Source: a virus (taxonomy: Duplodnaviria > Caudoviricetes). Taken from it: 59,112 nucleotides of DNA. Made by a program: the position numbers and the translations under genes. The stretch covers positions 1 to 59,112 of IMG/VR virus record IMGVR_UViG_3300043256_000282; one strand, given 5' to 3'. Every line of letters starts with the position of its first letter. Position 1 is the stretch's first letter. The notes below the pieces were generated by a model that saw only the letters and a list, made by a program, of their open reading frames with translations, searched no databases and was not told the DNA's origin. Below, in pieces: positions 45,303 to 57,200 of the stretch.

Positions 45303-45881
45303 ATGCCAGACGAAGAAGTTGATCTGACCGTTGATCCGGGCGCCCCCGATCCCGATGCGGAGCCCGGCGAGAATGAGCCGGACGAACACGGCGAATCAAT
45401 CCACCCGGCCGACGGGATTGGGACACCGATCGAGCCGCCTCAGCCGTCCAACCTCGAAACACGTGTCAAGACCCCGGCCGATGCGGAGCCCCCGCCTCCT
45501 GTGCCGGATGCCCTGACCCATCCGGAGCCGTTGCCGGAACCGCCGAAGCCGCCCAGCATTGCCGAGTTGACGGAAGAAGCCACGATCCCGGTCCATGAAT
45601 GCCACCTTCCGTTGCGATTCATTCAGAATGCTGCGGTTATGAGGGACTACGTGAACAAGAACGAGCATCGGCTCAACAAGCCACGGCGCAAGCTCGATGT
45701 ATCGAAAGCCCCAATCAAAGCTGGCTATCCGATCTTCGCCAAAGCCATGCAGGCGCACGGCCACTATCCATTGACCGAGCATTGGTATGCAGCCGCGTTG
45801 ATCCTGGTCACGATGGGCGTACCGATCGACGAAGAGCCAAAGGCTGACACGGATGCGATCTTGGACCAGTTGGCGCAGTAG
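45303..45881 (+). CDS. Pro/Glu-rich hypothetical protein
   Basis: Between portal and scaffold; AAGGA RBS. Confidence 0.65.
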   Translation: MPDEEVDLTVDPGAPDPDAEPGENEPDEHGESIHPADGIGTPIEPPQPSNLETRVKTPADAEPPPPVPDALTHPEPLPEPPKPPSIAELTEEATIPVHECHLPLRFIQNAAVMRDYVNKNEHRLNKPRRKLDVSKAPIKAGYPIFAKAMQAHGHYPLTEHWYAAALILVTMGVPIDEEPKADTDAILDQLAQ

Positions 45882-45918
45882 CACTGAGACAACAGCGATT
45901 TTCTAAGCGAGACGAGCA

Positions 45919-46923
45919 ATGGCAAAGCAGGGTGAGGCTACTAAACAGGTTCCCGGCGAGGAAATGGAGGCCGCCGGCGAGGTCGATTTGAGCGCTGGCG
46001 CTCCGGAAATCTTTGGCGACCGAATCGTAGCTGGCGACACGCCGCAGCCGAAACCGGGTGCCGAAGATGTGGGCGACATAGGAGCGGGGGGCCTACAGGA
46101 CGGTCCGGAAGGTCTGGGAGAACCAGTCGGTTTCATGCAGAGCAAATGGCCCGACGACGCCGTCCTACCGGAAGAATTCAAAAAGTACGATACGCCGGCA
46201 AAACTCATCGAGGCGCACGTAAACGCGGTCAAAAAGATCGGCGAGCGCAGCGATGAAATGCAGCAACTTCGAACTGACAACAAGGCGCTGCGCGAAGGCA
46301 AGGTCACGGAAGAAATTCAGGCGCTGGCCGAGCGCGCTCAGATCGAGGTCGGCGAAGGTGGTCTCAAGCGCGACACGATCGATGCCTATGCGCAAGCTAC
46401 CCACCTGCCCCCGCCGCTGATCGCGGCGCTCGGCCAGATGATGGCTGAGCGAACAAACCAGTTCCTCGACACCGCGGCAAAGGCGCTTGGCAGTGCAGAG
46501 AAAGTGCAGAAGTTTTTGGATGAAATGCAACAAGGAAGATTCACCCAAGGCGAGTTGGACACCTACAACGGCTGGGCGACGCTCGGAAAGGTCTCTTGGA
46601 TCGCTGAAGTTGCTTCGCAGCTTGGGTTTGAAGTCGATGAGGCCGCGCTCAAGCCGGCGGCGGCCGAGCGGCTCGACGAATCGGTCAGCCCGGCCGAGCC
46701 TAGCCCTGGCCTCAATCGGGCGGTGCAACAGGTCGTCGTTGGGGAAACACCTGGGCCGCCACCGGGTCCAGACATCTTCACGAGTCGTGCTGAATATCTC
46801 ACGGCTCAGAGCGTCGCGGACGCGCATTACAACGACTCGGGCGATTCGTCACAGCAAGAAGCTGTCCGCGCCAAGCTCCACCGATCCCCCACCCAGCAGT
46901 GGGGATCACAAGTTGGGGGTTGA
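45919..46923 (+). CDS. Capsid assembly scaffolding protein, T7 gp9-like
   Basis: Acidic; LPEEFKKY..LIEAH..KKIG and C-terminal FTSRAE...VRAKL; precedes the MCP. Confidence 0.8.
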   Translation: MAKQGEATKQVPGEEMEAAGEVDLSAGAPEIFGDRIVAGDTPQPKPGAEDVGDIGAGGLQDGPEGLGEPVGFMQSKWPDDAVLPEEFKKYDTPAKLIEAHVNAVKKIGERSDEMQQLRTDNKALREGKVTEEIQALAERAQIEVGEGGLKRDTIDAYAQATHLPPPLIAALGQMMAERTNQFLDTAAKALGSAEKVQKFLDEMQQGRFTQGELDTYNGWATLGKVSWIAEVASQLGFEVDEAALKPAAAERLDESVSPAEPSPGLNRAVQQVVVGETPGPPPGPDIFTSRAEYLTAQSVADAHYNDSGDSSQQEAVRAKLHRSPTQQWGSQVGG

Positions 46924-46960
46924 CTCGGGCAACGACCGATGATTCAATGAGCTAAGTTCC

Positions 46961-47072
46961 GTCCCCTACCAGCCCTTCGGCCCGCACGTTGCGGACACCC
47001 GGCTAGGACACCTGGGCGGAAGAATCAAACCACGGCCCCCGCCATTGGGGACACCCGTGCGAGATTCGGGAC
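46961..47072 (+). promoter_or_regulatory. Structured RNA leader of the major capsid gene
   Basis: Three GGACACC copies, each forming a stem with the same C/ACAC internal loop. Confidence 0.6.
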
Positions 47073-47106
47073 AAAGTGTTTCGATTCTAGCACGGAGTAA
47101 AAACCA

Positions 47107-48015
47107 ATGGCCGTGATCAAGACTGCTGCCGAGGTTGAAGAATTCATCGGCAAGGTGTGGCAAGCCTACTCGATCGGCAAAGCGTTCTTCCCGCAGATGG
47201 CGGATTTCCATGCCGCCTCCAAGGGTGAAGTCAAGAACGTGCCCCAGGTCGAGCGCCAGGATGCCGTAAACAAAGCTGACGGCACAAGCCACGCTGACAC
47301 AGCTGAAGCACTGACCGCAGTGGAAGTTCCCCTAGAGCTTCCCATGAAGCGATGGGTCTGGATCAACAAGGACGATTACGACGTCCGACCCGACCTTGCG
47401 CTGTTCACCAACTTTTCTACCGGAATGGGCATGGACCTCGTTGAAGGCGAGAACCGCCGTTGCGCTTTGACGTTGATGAAGTTTGCCGACACCAACACCC
47501 GCGAAGTCAACGCGGACTTCACGACCAGCGGATTCGGCACTCGATTCGCGACTGAGCTTCGCGCTTCGGCGGCGCAATTTGACGAGGACGGTGTACCCGA
47601 TGACGGGAACCGTTGGCTCTGGGTGAAGCCGCTGATTTTCTATGCCCTACGTGCCGTAGAAGGAGTCATCCGACTCGACTTCGGCGGCCAAGCCGACGTC
47701 AGGCGGCCACGTTCGATCCTCGAATACGTGGGCTGGAAGATTATGAGGCTGCCCGGAGTGTTTGGGAACGACTTCACCGGCACCCCGTTTGCCGCCCTGA
47801 ATCTGCCAACACACCAAAGTTTCGACGCCAGCAAAGCGGTCGCGATCGCTGCGCACAGTTCGGCTTGGGTGTGGCGACAGGTCAAGGGCATGGAGCGGCT
47901 TGGACCGGACTGGTGGACGGATCGAGACCAGTGGAAGATCGAGGCGCGAATCCATCACGGCATTCGCGCTCGGAACGAATTTGGTCTCTGGCTGTTCACT
48001 GACAACACGACTTGA
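47107..48015 (+). CDS. Major capsid protein
   Basis: EEFIGKVWQAY, FDEDGVPDDGNR, GGQAD, HGIRARNE resemble T7 gp10-like MCPs; GGAG RBS. Confidence 0.88.
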   Translation: MAVIKTAAEVEEFIGKVWQAYSIGKAFFPQMADFHAASKGEVKNVPQVERQDAVNKADGTSHADTAEALTAVEVPLELPMKRWVWINKDDYDVRPDLALFTNFSTGMGMDLVEGENRRCALTLMKFADTNTREVNADFTTSGFGTRFATELRASAAQFDEDGVPDDGNRWLWVKPLIFYALRAVEGVIRLDFGGQADVRRPRSILEYVGWKIMRLPGVFGNDFTGTPFAALNLPTHQSFDASKAVAIAAHSSAWVWRQVKGMERLGPDWWTDRDQWKIEARIHHGIRARNEFGLWLFTDNTT

Positions 48016-48075
48016 TCGGTTCGTCTCGGTTGGTCGGTGTCGATCGCCCTGGTCGGCACCGGCCAGTCATTTGCC

Positions 48076-48642
48076 ATGAATCTTCTTACCGCCATCAACT
48101 TTGTGCTTCGCGGCTCAGGTTTGGACCCGAGCAGTGATCCGACCGATGAGAATCCCGAGGCTGGGCTGGCGATCGAAGTCATTACCCGCACGCGCCGCGA
48201 GATTCTTGAAAGCGGTTTCCCCTTCAATACCCGCAAGATCACATTGCAAGTGGCGCAAAATGGTCGTGTCCCAATTTCGTCGGCCTATCTCGATCTGGAA
48301 TTGCCCAAAGGATTCACTACGCGGGTCGATGAGACGGATGGCGAACGATACGTATGGGATATCGAGAACGACGATTGGCATGATGAGGCCCTAGAGAGAA
48401 TCCCGATCATCCATGACATCGCGGACCTCGCGCAAATTCCCGAAGCTTTTGGACGATGGATCGCGCGCCAATCAGCCGTCAACTTTTTCACTGAACACAC
48501 TGGCAGCAAATTTTCAGTTCCCAAGACGCTCACGGACCAGCGCAATGAGGCGCGGGCAAAGGCAGAGAATACCCAACCGGCCGGCAGCATTCGAACCGCA
48601 ACCCGATGGGCTTCAAGGCTTCGGCGCCGTGTGAGGACATGA
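48076..48642 (+). CDS. Tail tubular protein A (T7 gp11-like)
   Basis: LLTAINFVL..G, GFPFN, IPEAFGRWI. Confidence 0.85.
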   Translation: MNLLTAINFVLRGSGLDPSSDPTDENPEAGLAIEVITRTRREILESGFPFNTRKITLQVAQNGRVPISSAYLDLELPKGFTTRVDETDGERYVWDIENDDWHDEALERIPIIHDIADLAQIPEAFGRWIARQSAVNFFTEHTGSKFSVPKTLTDQRNEARAKAENTQPAGSIRTATRWASRLRRRVRT

Positions 48643-48643
48643 A

Positions 48644-50742
48644 GTGCCCGACCTCAAAACAGATCGCTTGTGGCAAGGCGTTTCGTCCCAACCGCCGTGG
48701 CTGAGATTGCCGGGGCAAGTCAAGTCGGCCCTGAATCTTCGCCACGACGTATCGCTCAGTGGCGCGGCCAAGCGGGCGGCTACGCTCTACAAAGCCGACC
48801 TATCCGAGCTTACGCCGTCGAAGGACTACATATTCGTCCCCTTGCGCGATGCGATCATCGCCATCGGCGAAGATGAGGTCTTTGCATGGGATACCAATGG
48901 CGTTGCGTTGACGGTCGACGATGATTCGCCGACGCCGCCGTTCAATGAATACCTCCGTCTGCGATCGCCCGCCACCGGCGAGACGTTCGATCCGTTCCTG
49001 CACCTTGACTTCTGTTCATCGCAGGACACGTTGGTCATCGTGAATCGAACGATCAATACGGCAATCAACATCGGTTGGACGTTCCAGCAAATCGACAACT
49101 TCCTTTTGAACGGTGATATCACTGTCGAAACTCATCCGATCGATGACAGCGGCCCCGCTGTAGATACATTCAGTGATCTCCCTAATTCCCCTAGTGACGG
49201 CGATATCGTCAGGGTGAGATTTGACGAAGACCTTGATCCGCACGGCTACTACTTGAGAGAGACAGGAACCCCACATGACGACGGCGTATTGATCTATCCT
49301 GAACACGGCTCCAATTGGTTCCGAATTCCCAAGGCGAGCCAAAGCCGCGCACGGATGGACAATGATGATATGCCTCAGCGCATTCTGCGCGAGGATGATA
49401 CGACGCTCAGCTTCAATCGCATCGTGTGGTCACAACGGCTCAACGGGAACCCCGGATCAAACCCCCCCATGCCGTGGCGGAATAAGCCGTTGCAGGCTTG
49501 CAGCTTTCAGCATGGTCGCTTGTTCCTGTGGAGCAAGTTTCATACGACCGCTTCGCGCACGAATGATCCGTTTGACTTTTGGGACAACAACGCGGGTACG
49601 CCCGTCGATTCAGACCCGATCGCCCAGGACATAAACGACGCCAACATCGGCAACGTCTTGAGAGTGGGAATATGCGGCGAGAACGTGTTGATCAACTGCG
49701 AAAACGGCCAGGTTCAATACGGCTCCGGCGTTGACGTGCTGACCAAAACCAACGGTCGGCATTTCCGGGTCAAATCGCTCAAGCCGGAAGATATCCCATT
49801 CGGCGTGAGTGATGAGCGATTATCGATGATCGACAGATCGGGGCATGTTCATCAATTCTTGTGGGCTGGCGCCGACGCCGGCGGTATACGGTACGCCGGC
49901 TGGATGAATTCCCATGCCCAGTTCATGTTTCGCGGCAAGACGCCCCTGCGCTTGTTCTCGATGCCGAATCAGAGTTTCTACACGACCGTCGATGATCGAA
50001 CGATCCTACACGACCATTTCATCTTGGCGGCCGATCAGATTCAATCAGCATGGGGGGAGTTGGAATTCCAGGGCGACGCGGTGTTCTTCAACGAATGGCA
50101 CGATTTGATCCGGATCATCACCCACGACGCAACTGGCTACAGCTTGGTTCATCACGTGCATCGCGATCCCGATCCGGTCGGGGCCCTGGAATTTGAACCG
50201 CACAGCGATCGACAGGAACAGGTCTCGGGTACTTACGATGCTGTGCTGGATCAGACCAAGTTCACGCACACCGGCCGGAGCGGTGATCTGCTATCGAGCA
50301 TCCTCACACTCGCCACAGATGTTGCCGACGTCGGGCGCGATCACCAGTTCCTTGAGCCGGTAGACGTAGACACCGCCGGCAAAGTGAGCTTCCAGGGCAA
50401 CATCACCGGAGCGCACTGGCTTGGGTTCCGGTACACGACTCAGATCGAAACATCGAAACTCTTCCTGGGAATCCACGGCCAGGATTCGAAAGTCAAAATC
50501 TTTACGGTGTTCCACTATCTCTCGTCGGGTTACGAGGCATTGGTGAACGATCGGGAAGGAAACGTCCGAAGAACAGATGCTTCGACCCTGCGAGATACCG
50601 ACGTGATCAATACTTTCTTCAAACGATTCAGCGGCTTGCCGCATGATGCCAAGCGCGAAAGTGTAGCGCTCCGCAGCACGTCGCCGGGCCCATTGATCTG
50701 GACGATGATAAACTTCGACGTGGACGTCGAGGGTAATCCGTA

Positions 50743-50743
<1 letters not shown>
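48644..50743 (+). CDS. Tail tubular protein B / nozzle (T7 gp12-like)
   Basis: GVSSQP N-terminus, FQHGRL, DSDPI, QSAW, GFRY. Confidence 0.88.
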
Positions 50744-51512
<769 letters not shown>

Positions 51513-51513
<1 letters not shown>

Positions 51514-54299
51514 TGGCTCGACGCATCCAATCTCAAATCATTCCCCAGCCGGCGGTAACACCAATAGCGCCGGTCCCGCCGTCGATAGGACTTGCCGATA
51601 TTGGGGCGTTGATCGAGAGCATTTCGCGCACAGGCACGGCGGCGGCGCGGGCCCAAGGCCGGGAATTCCAGCAGGAGCGACAGGTCGGGGCCATCGAAAG
51701 ACAAGCGCAGGCGGCCGAGGATCGCTTCGAGGTTGCTCAGATTGATCAGGAGCGGTTGGAATTGCAGATCGAGGCGAATCAAAATCGGATGTTGACGGCA
51801 GAAGCGAAGGTAGAGATCGCACGACTCACCAAGTTGGAGTTTCTAGGTTTCCGGGCTCTTGTGGATGAAACGCCAGTTGACGAATTGCCGGCGTTGTACG
51901 CGGAATTTCCACTTGCCGACCCCGGCAATCAGGATGCGTTCGCACGGCTCATTGGCGCACGTGCCGCAACGGCCGACGAAACCAATCTGTTGACACGGCT
52001 GGGCGAGTCATTGAGCGCACAACAAAAGGGCGCAGCGGGCATCGAAGGACCACCACTGCCGACAACGCAGAACATAACCGACGTCTTGCTCGATCTCAAA
52101 GAAGAGCGAGCGTTTGACGATCCTCTAATCGCTGCCGTCTATGAGCAGCAGTTGACGTCAGTGGCGTACAGTTGGCGGAAAAATGTTGAGTTGGGGAAGC
52201 AGAAGGTTCAATCTCAGGAATTGGCCAACACCGCCATTGAGGAAAACCGCAATCTCCTGTATCGCGGGCTCGAAGAAATGTTCGCCGGAGATCGTGAGCC
52301 AGCAGACATGCGCGCATTGATCGACGGCAACTTCCCGGTCGTGAGCGCCGCGATCCCGTCGATGGATAAGACGGAGTATCTTGATAATTTTGTGCAGGTC
52401 TTGGACGATTGGGCTAAGTCGGCGCCGGACCTAGAGCGTTCCCTTGCGGTCGTGTCCGAAGTCTACAACTTGGGGGAACAGTATCAGCGTCGGGTCCGCG
52501 GCTTGAAATCCGATCTAACAGACGCGGTGAAGCGGCAAGCTATCACGCGCGAATCGACCAGGGTTAGAAACCTCGTCGATGTTGCCGAACTGGAAATCCG
52601 TGAATTGGGGACAGAAGGATCGCAATCGCTCGGGCGCCTGACAGCTTTCCGCAAAGACATTCCGGGGTTTGATTTATCCGACATCGAAATCGCCAAGTTG
52701 ACCAGCCGTGCCGACAAAGAGATCGCACAGTTGGCTCGCAGCCTTGGCGAACAAGTCGAACTGGACCTCATCTTTGCAGGCGAGTCAAGAGGCATCGTCA
52801 GCGCAAGCGCTATGGCTACTCGATGGAAGAATATGCCAGGAATATCAGCATCAGCCAAGCTGGTAAAGTTTGCATCACACGGCCAACTCATTCCGCGCGT
52901 CGCCGCCACGCACGTCGAGGATTTGCTAAATCAGGCTCCAGGCGAGGCCGCAAGCATTATGCACACCTTGGAAAACGTGAGCCGAAACGCCGCCGGTTCG
53001 CTGATAGCGCAAACACGTATACCGGAAAGATTGCGGGCGCTGGTCAACTCAACGCGCGGGCTCGCTGAGGACGATCCAATCTACAAACAGATCATCGACG
53101 GGTTTGCGGCACCGGGGGCGTTGGCCAGATATTTCCAAGCTATGCAACAGCTTGGTGGCGAGTTACCGATCATGTTCGACGAGGAAGGGAAACAGGTCAT
53201 TATTCAAGTTAGTGACTCCAAATTCCCACAGGACGATCTTATCAAACGATTCCTTTTGTCGCCGAATATGCAGATTGATCCATCGGTGATGGAAGATTAC
53301 AACGCTAACTTCATTGCCGGCTGGACCATCGTTGGCGACGATGTAACATTTGCGGGCGCCCATCCACAACAGCAAATTGAATTCGCTCGCACCTTTGCGA
53401 CAAACGCTATTGAGCGCCGATACGTTGGCATGGAGCAACGGGATGGGACGCGCAGATTGGTTCGCCGCGATCTGCTCGGCAACCCAACTGACGATCAAGT
53501 ATCAGCGATCACTCAACGTATGATGTTGGCGTTGCAAGATCGGGAACTTGAATTCGGCATAGAGTTGTCAATCGCTTGGGACGCGATTCAACCCACCGGC
53601 GAAACCTCACTGATTCCGATTGGGGGCATCGCGATAACAGAGGATTCCGAAGGCCCGCAGTTTGTCGAATTCATCGAGCTTGATCATGCCACAGGTCTAA
53701 CGCGAACGATCAACGCCGTCACCGATCCGGGCGGCTTCGATGAAGCGCGTCTGCTATTTGGTGACGCCTCGAAGCGCCTCGACCCGACCGTTCGATTGAA
53801 CTGGACGCCCGATCAAGGCTCAGCCGTCGCTGTTCTGAACCCGAATTTCATGGCAGTGATCGGCCCCGACATGATCCGGGAAGGCAAGAAAGCGTGGTTC
53901 GAGCTTGTCGGCGGTCGGATCAACGTGCGATCCGGCGACTTTGGCACGTTCATGGACAACTTCCTCGCAACACACAACTGGCAGGGCGCATTCCCTCGGC
54001 CGTTGTTGATGCAGAACGTATCATCTGAATCGCTCACAGGCATCACACTCGGCGCTGGCATTGTCGGAGGTGCCACGCGAAGGAACGTGCTGCTCGCCGG
54101 GGGTGTTCCTGATTTGCGGATCGGTAATCAGTTGGCCAATGCGCCGACACCGCAACAGTTTGATGTTGAACCGGGAACTGATATCTCGCTCATTCCAGCG
54201 GCCATGCAGGCCATTTTCGAATTCGCCAATGGCGACGCGGACCTTGCTGACAAGATAGCCAGGGACGTAGGCTGGTTCGTTCCGGAGATTGAGGATTGA
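51513..54299 (+). CDS. Internal virion (ejection) protein, gp15-like
   Basis: 928-aa helical protein in the syntenic position. Confidence 0.75.
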
Positions 54300-57200
54300 C
54301 TTCGATATTCGACAAACTTGATGTCGCTCCAAGCCTTCGCACCGCTATAGCGCCCGATCCGCGCGTTAGCCCCGGAGTTGTCGAGACGCTGAGGCCCCGT
54401 CGATCCGTGTTCCATCAGTTGCAGGACGATCTTGAGAATGATACCGAACGATCGCTCATTCCGGGAGTGAGACCGCGAGCGCGATTCAGGGGTCGTTCAA
54501 CGCTCGATGCGCTCAAACCGCCAATGCGAGACGCGATCGCTGACATCATGGCCACAGACCCGACCCTGCGCATTCAACTGGAGCGCGGAGAATCAATGGC
54601 ACAGGCCCGAATTGCCGACCCGGTGATCCGCCGGCTAGTGACGCAAGGCCAGAGATTCGAAGCGCCGGATTTCGTCACGGTGTTCAAAGAAGAAGTTGCG
54701 AAGCGGATCGTCGAACCGACTGCGGGTGAGAAGATCGTCGACGTCGGAACGACGATAGCCCGTACTGCGTTGAGCATGGCCGCTATCACAGAGTCGGGCG
54801 TAGCATCACTTTGGGAAGCGGCCAGCAAAATCCCCGGTCCACAAGGAAAGGTGTTCGCGGAATTCTCGAAAGACGCCGACACAGCAAGCGGGATGCTGAT
54901 GTGGGGAATTCGCCGTCATGCCGCCGGCGATCCACGGCTGGAAGAGAGTTTCCTCTGGCGCCAACTTCCCGAAGCCATCGGATCGTTCGGCGGCTTCATG
55001 TTGATCACGGCTGGAGCTACCGGCATTGGAGGCCCCCCCGCTGGCATCGCTGCGGCGACCATGATGGCGACCACGATGGGAGTTGGGGAATCCAGACAAC
55101 GGCGGCAACTTGCGATCAAAGAAGGTGTGCTATCTCCGGATGAGGCGCAGTTGGCGGAACTGAACGGCGCGCTTCCGGGAGTCATTCAGGTTCTCCCGGT
55201 GATACGGGCATTGCGACTTATGGGCCCCAAAGCGTCGATCGCATTTAGCCGTGGTATTCGTAAATGGGCTGTGGATGGCGTCGAAACAGCTTTTGAAGAA
55301 GGGGTTGTTGAAACACTGGGTCAGATCGGCCAAGATGCAATCGCCAAGTGGCAATTCGATCCGAATCAGGTGATCGGCGAAACGGCGATCCAGACCGCGA
55401 AGGTCAGCGGCGCTGGTGGCTTCGTCGTCGGTTTCGCCACGAGCGCGATTCGCGGTGTTCGGCTGGGCCGGTATCGCAAACCGCCAGATGGCGGGAACGG
55501 GTTTAGAACAGAAGCTGCACGACGGATCATGGCCGACGCGCTCGCGCTTGAGGAAGCGGCCAGGCGCCATATCGATGAGGCGGCAACGGACGATCGCCCA
55601 GCCCAACGGCAAGCGCTCGACCTACTGCGCGTCAACATCACGAATCTCGAATTCGTCAAACAGGGTCGCAAGAAGATCGTCGCGGATTTAATGGAACGGT
55701 TCGGCCTATCGAAGCGCAAGGCCAGCCGCATGTATATCCGCGTCAAGGCCGCCTACGAAATGGTGAAACTGGCTGAGACCGCCGCGCAGCCGGCGGGCAT
55801 CCTGCGCCAAGCGCAGATCATGGTCAATGAAGCGCTGACTGAGCCGACCGATCCGGCCACGCCCCAGACCGTCGATCAGCCGATCCCGCCCGAGCGCAAC
55901 ACGTTCGCGCAGTCGGTACGCCAAGACCTCTACCGAGAATTTCGCAACGAACTGACGGAGCTTGACGTTGTTGAGGAACCGCTGGGGGCGACTTTGCCGC
56001 GTGGCGTCCCGGCCCGGTTCCTCGTCGGCGAAGGTGGCGAGACCTTGCCGATCCCGTTGAGCCCGTTCCCCGTGACCGATCCAGCCGAGATTCGGCAGCT
56101 TGGATTGCGAGAACATCGGGAGTCGATCAGCTTCCGAGACTTCCGCCTCATGGACCTCTTCGAAGCGAATACCCTCGCTGAATTGCTCCAAGAGGCCAAT
56201 CCGCGGGACGCTTTCGCCGTTTTCAGGGCCGGGGAGGACGATTGGCGGGTTTTCTTCAAGCAAGCCGAAGAGGCTACACTATTCGAGCAGGAGCCCAGTC
56301 GTGGCGAAGAAGCGATCCAAGAAGGCCCAGAAGGCCCTGGACCTGGCCCAGCGGGCGTCATCGCGGCCGGTCCCGAAGCACCGCCAGGTGGCCCCGGAGT
56401 CGTCGGGGGCGGCCAACCCGGCCTACTCGGCGAGCAATTCGCCGGGCCCATCACCGGCCGGCAGGCCGAGTTGCCGTTGCCGATCCCGTCGGCCGTGGAG
56501 CTTGAAGTCGAGGCCGAAGCGGCCCGTAGCCGGCGTGAACTGGCCGAGGATGAATCTGGCGATTTGTTCCCACAAGACGTCGCCAATCCAGTGCCGTTCG
56601 ACGATGCCCTTGAGACCGCACCCGACGGTCTGGAATTCACGGGCACGGCAATGCCAGAGGGAGATATCCGCGCTGAGTTGTTGCGCAAATTCGAAGAGGA
56701 ACCGGCCGAGGCATTGCTGTTCGCCGAAGCGATGGGCATCAAGAATGCGGATCAGAAAACGCCGGCTGAGATCATCGACGAATTTTGGGCAACAAAGGAA
56801 GAGGCGCTGAAAGACGACGATGGCCCCGCCGACGTCATCCCGTTGATGCTGTACTCCGGAATCCCGATCCCCGAGTATCTGCCCGCGATGGTAGTGAAGG
56901 GCGCCGGGGAATTCGCCAAGCCTACGATCAGCATCGCGTTCGTCGATTTGGTCGATCGGTTGCGCCGCGTCAGTGATAACCCGCTCATTCAACAGGCGGC
57001 CGATGCGGCGCGCTTGGCGACGCTCGACGCCAAGGCATTCATCGGTGAGCTATCTGCGCTTCTTGATCCAGTCCTGCGCATGACGGGCAAGCACGCGCTC
57101 ACCGAAGAGGGCAAAGCGACCCAGCGGATTCAGCAAATCCAATGGGATGAAAATGGTGAAGGGGGCGTGTCGATCTTCCACCTGGCGCTTGAAGATAAAC

